Assembly (NCBI RefSeq): GCF_006345805.1
Contig: NW_021836907.1
Location: 1 to 20,225 of the forward strand
Reading direction: 5' to 3'
From: Octopus sinensis
Taxonomy: Eukaryota
DNA: 20,225 nt
Below are positions 19,682 through 20,225 of the stretch, one piece after another. The notes below the pieces were generated by a model. It was not told the DNA's origin. It did no database searches and was given only the letters and a program-made list of their open reading frames with translations. The first letter of the stretch is position 1. Each line of letters opens with the position of its first letter. The position numbers and the translations under genes are program-made.

Positions 19682-20225
19682 CGACGTTAACCCTGGCAAA
19701 AAGTGACGCAGGGGGGTCAAAATCTCCTCCCGAATAAAAAAAAAAACTTAGGAAAATCCTTCATAAATATAAGCAAAAAAAACCCCTAAAAATAAAAAAA
19801 CCAATTGCCATACACGTAAACACGTAGAAAATACTATGTAAACACCCTTATGTGAATACGCATACACAAACACACTCACACACACACTCACGCTCACGCA
19901 TGCACGTACGCATTCTAGTATGGTACAAGTGTGCATCTATATGCATCTGTGCATTTTTGCATCTACGCATGCAATCATGCATGCGTGCACATTTCTTGAG
20001 CCGATTACGACTCCTTAATTTCGACTTGGTTATTTATTTATGCAATGGTTTCAAATTAAAACAAAATGAAATCTAACTGACCTCATGGTCCCGGGTTCGC
20101 CCCCGCCCTCCACTAAGTCACGCAATATCCGCAAAATGTTGTTCTACCTTGCTCCTTGCTCTTCTTTCCTCATTCCTTCTTTTGTCGTTCCTCTCTATTA
20201 CGCACCTACCTTCTCTTTCTTTGTT

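Noticed and set aside
20076-20130. B-box-like CCGGGTTCGCCCC
   Set aside because: Possibly a very old SINE head, but no A box or body could be aligned.

Overview
Repeat-saturated animal genomic DNA, intronic or intergenic. The tRNA-derived SINE families and the extreme (ATGT)n/(CTAT)n/(TA)n/(ATT)n density suggest an Octopus-type cephalopod (recalled from memory, not database-verified). Nearly all ORFs in the supplied track are microsatellite artefacts. The recognisable protein-coding sequence is all decayed transposon: a mariner transposase N-terminus, a Tx1/L1-clade LINE ORF2 lacking its RT core, and two RTE-clade LINE 3' ends. Also present are two tRNA-SINE families (here called A and B), a complete 398-bp non-autonomous Helitron, a second probable Helitron, an (ATT)n-embedded ~550-bp repeat, an RTE-5'UTR-like insert and a full-length 5S rRNA copy. 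The best leads are: a 5S copy joined to a SINE/LINE 3' tail; SINE-A multimers with the same junction at two loci; a circularly permuted dimer of the (ATT)n-embedded element; a partial HDV-like fold at the 5' edge of the RTE-like insert; and a possible Helitron end-bypass. A few weak host exon candidates are noted. No intact gene, CRISPR array or prokaryotic system is supported. Coordinates were counted by hand and may be off by a few bases.
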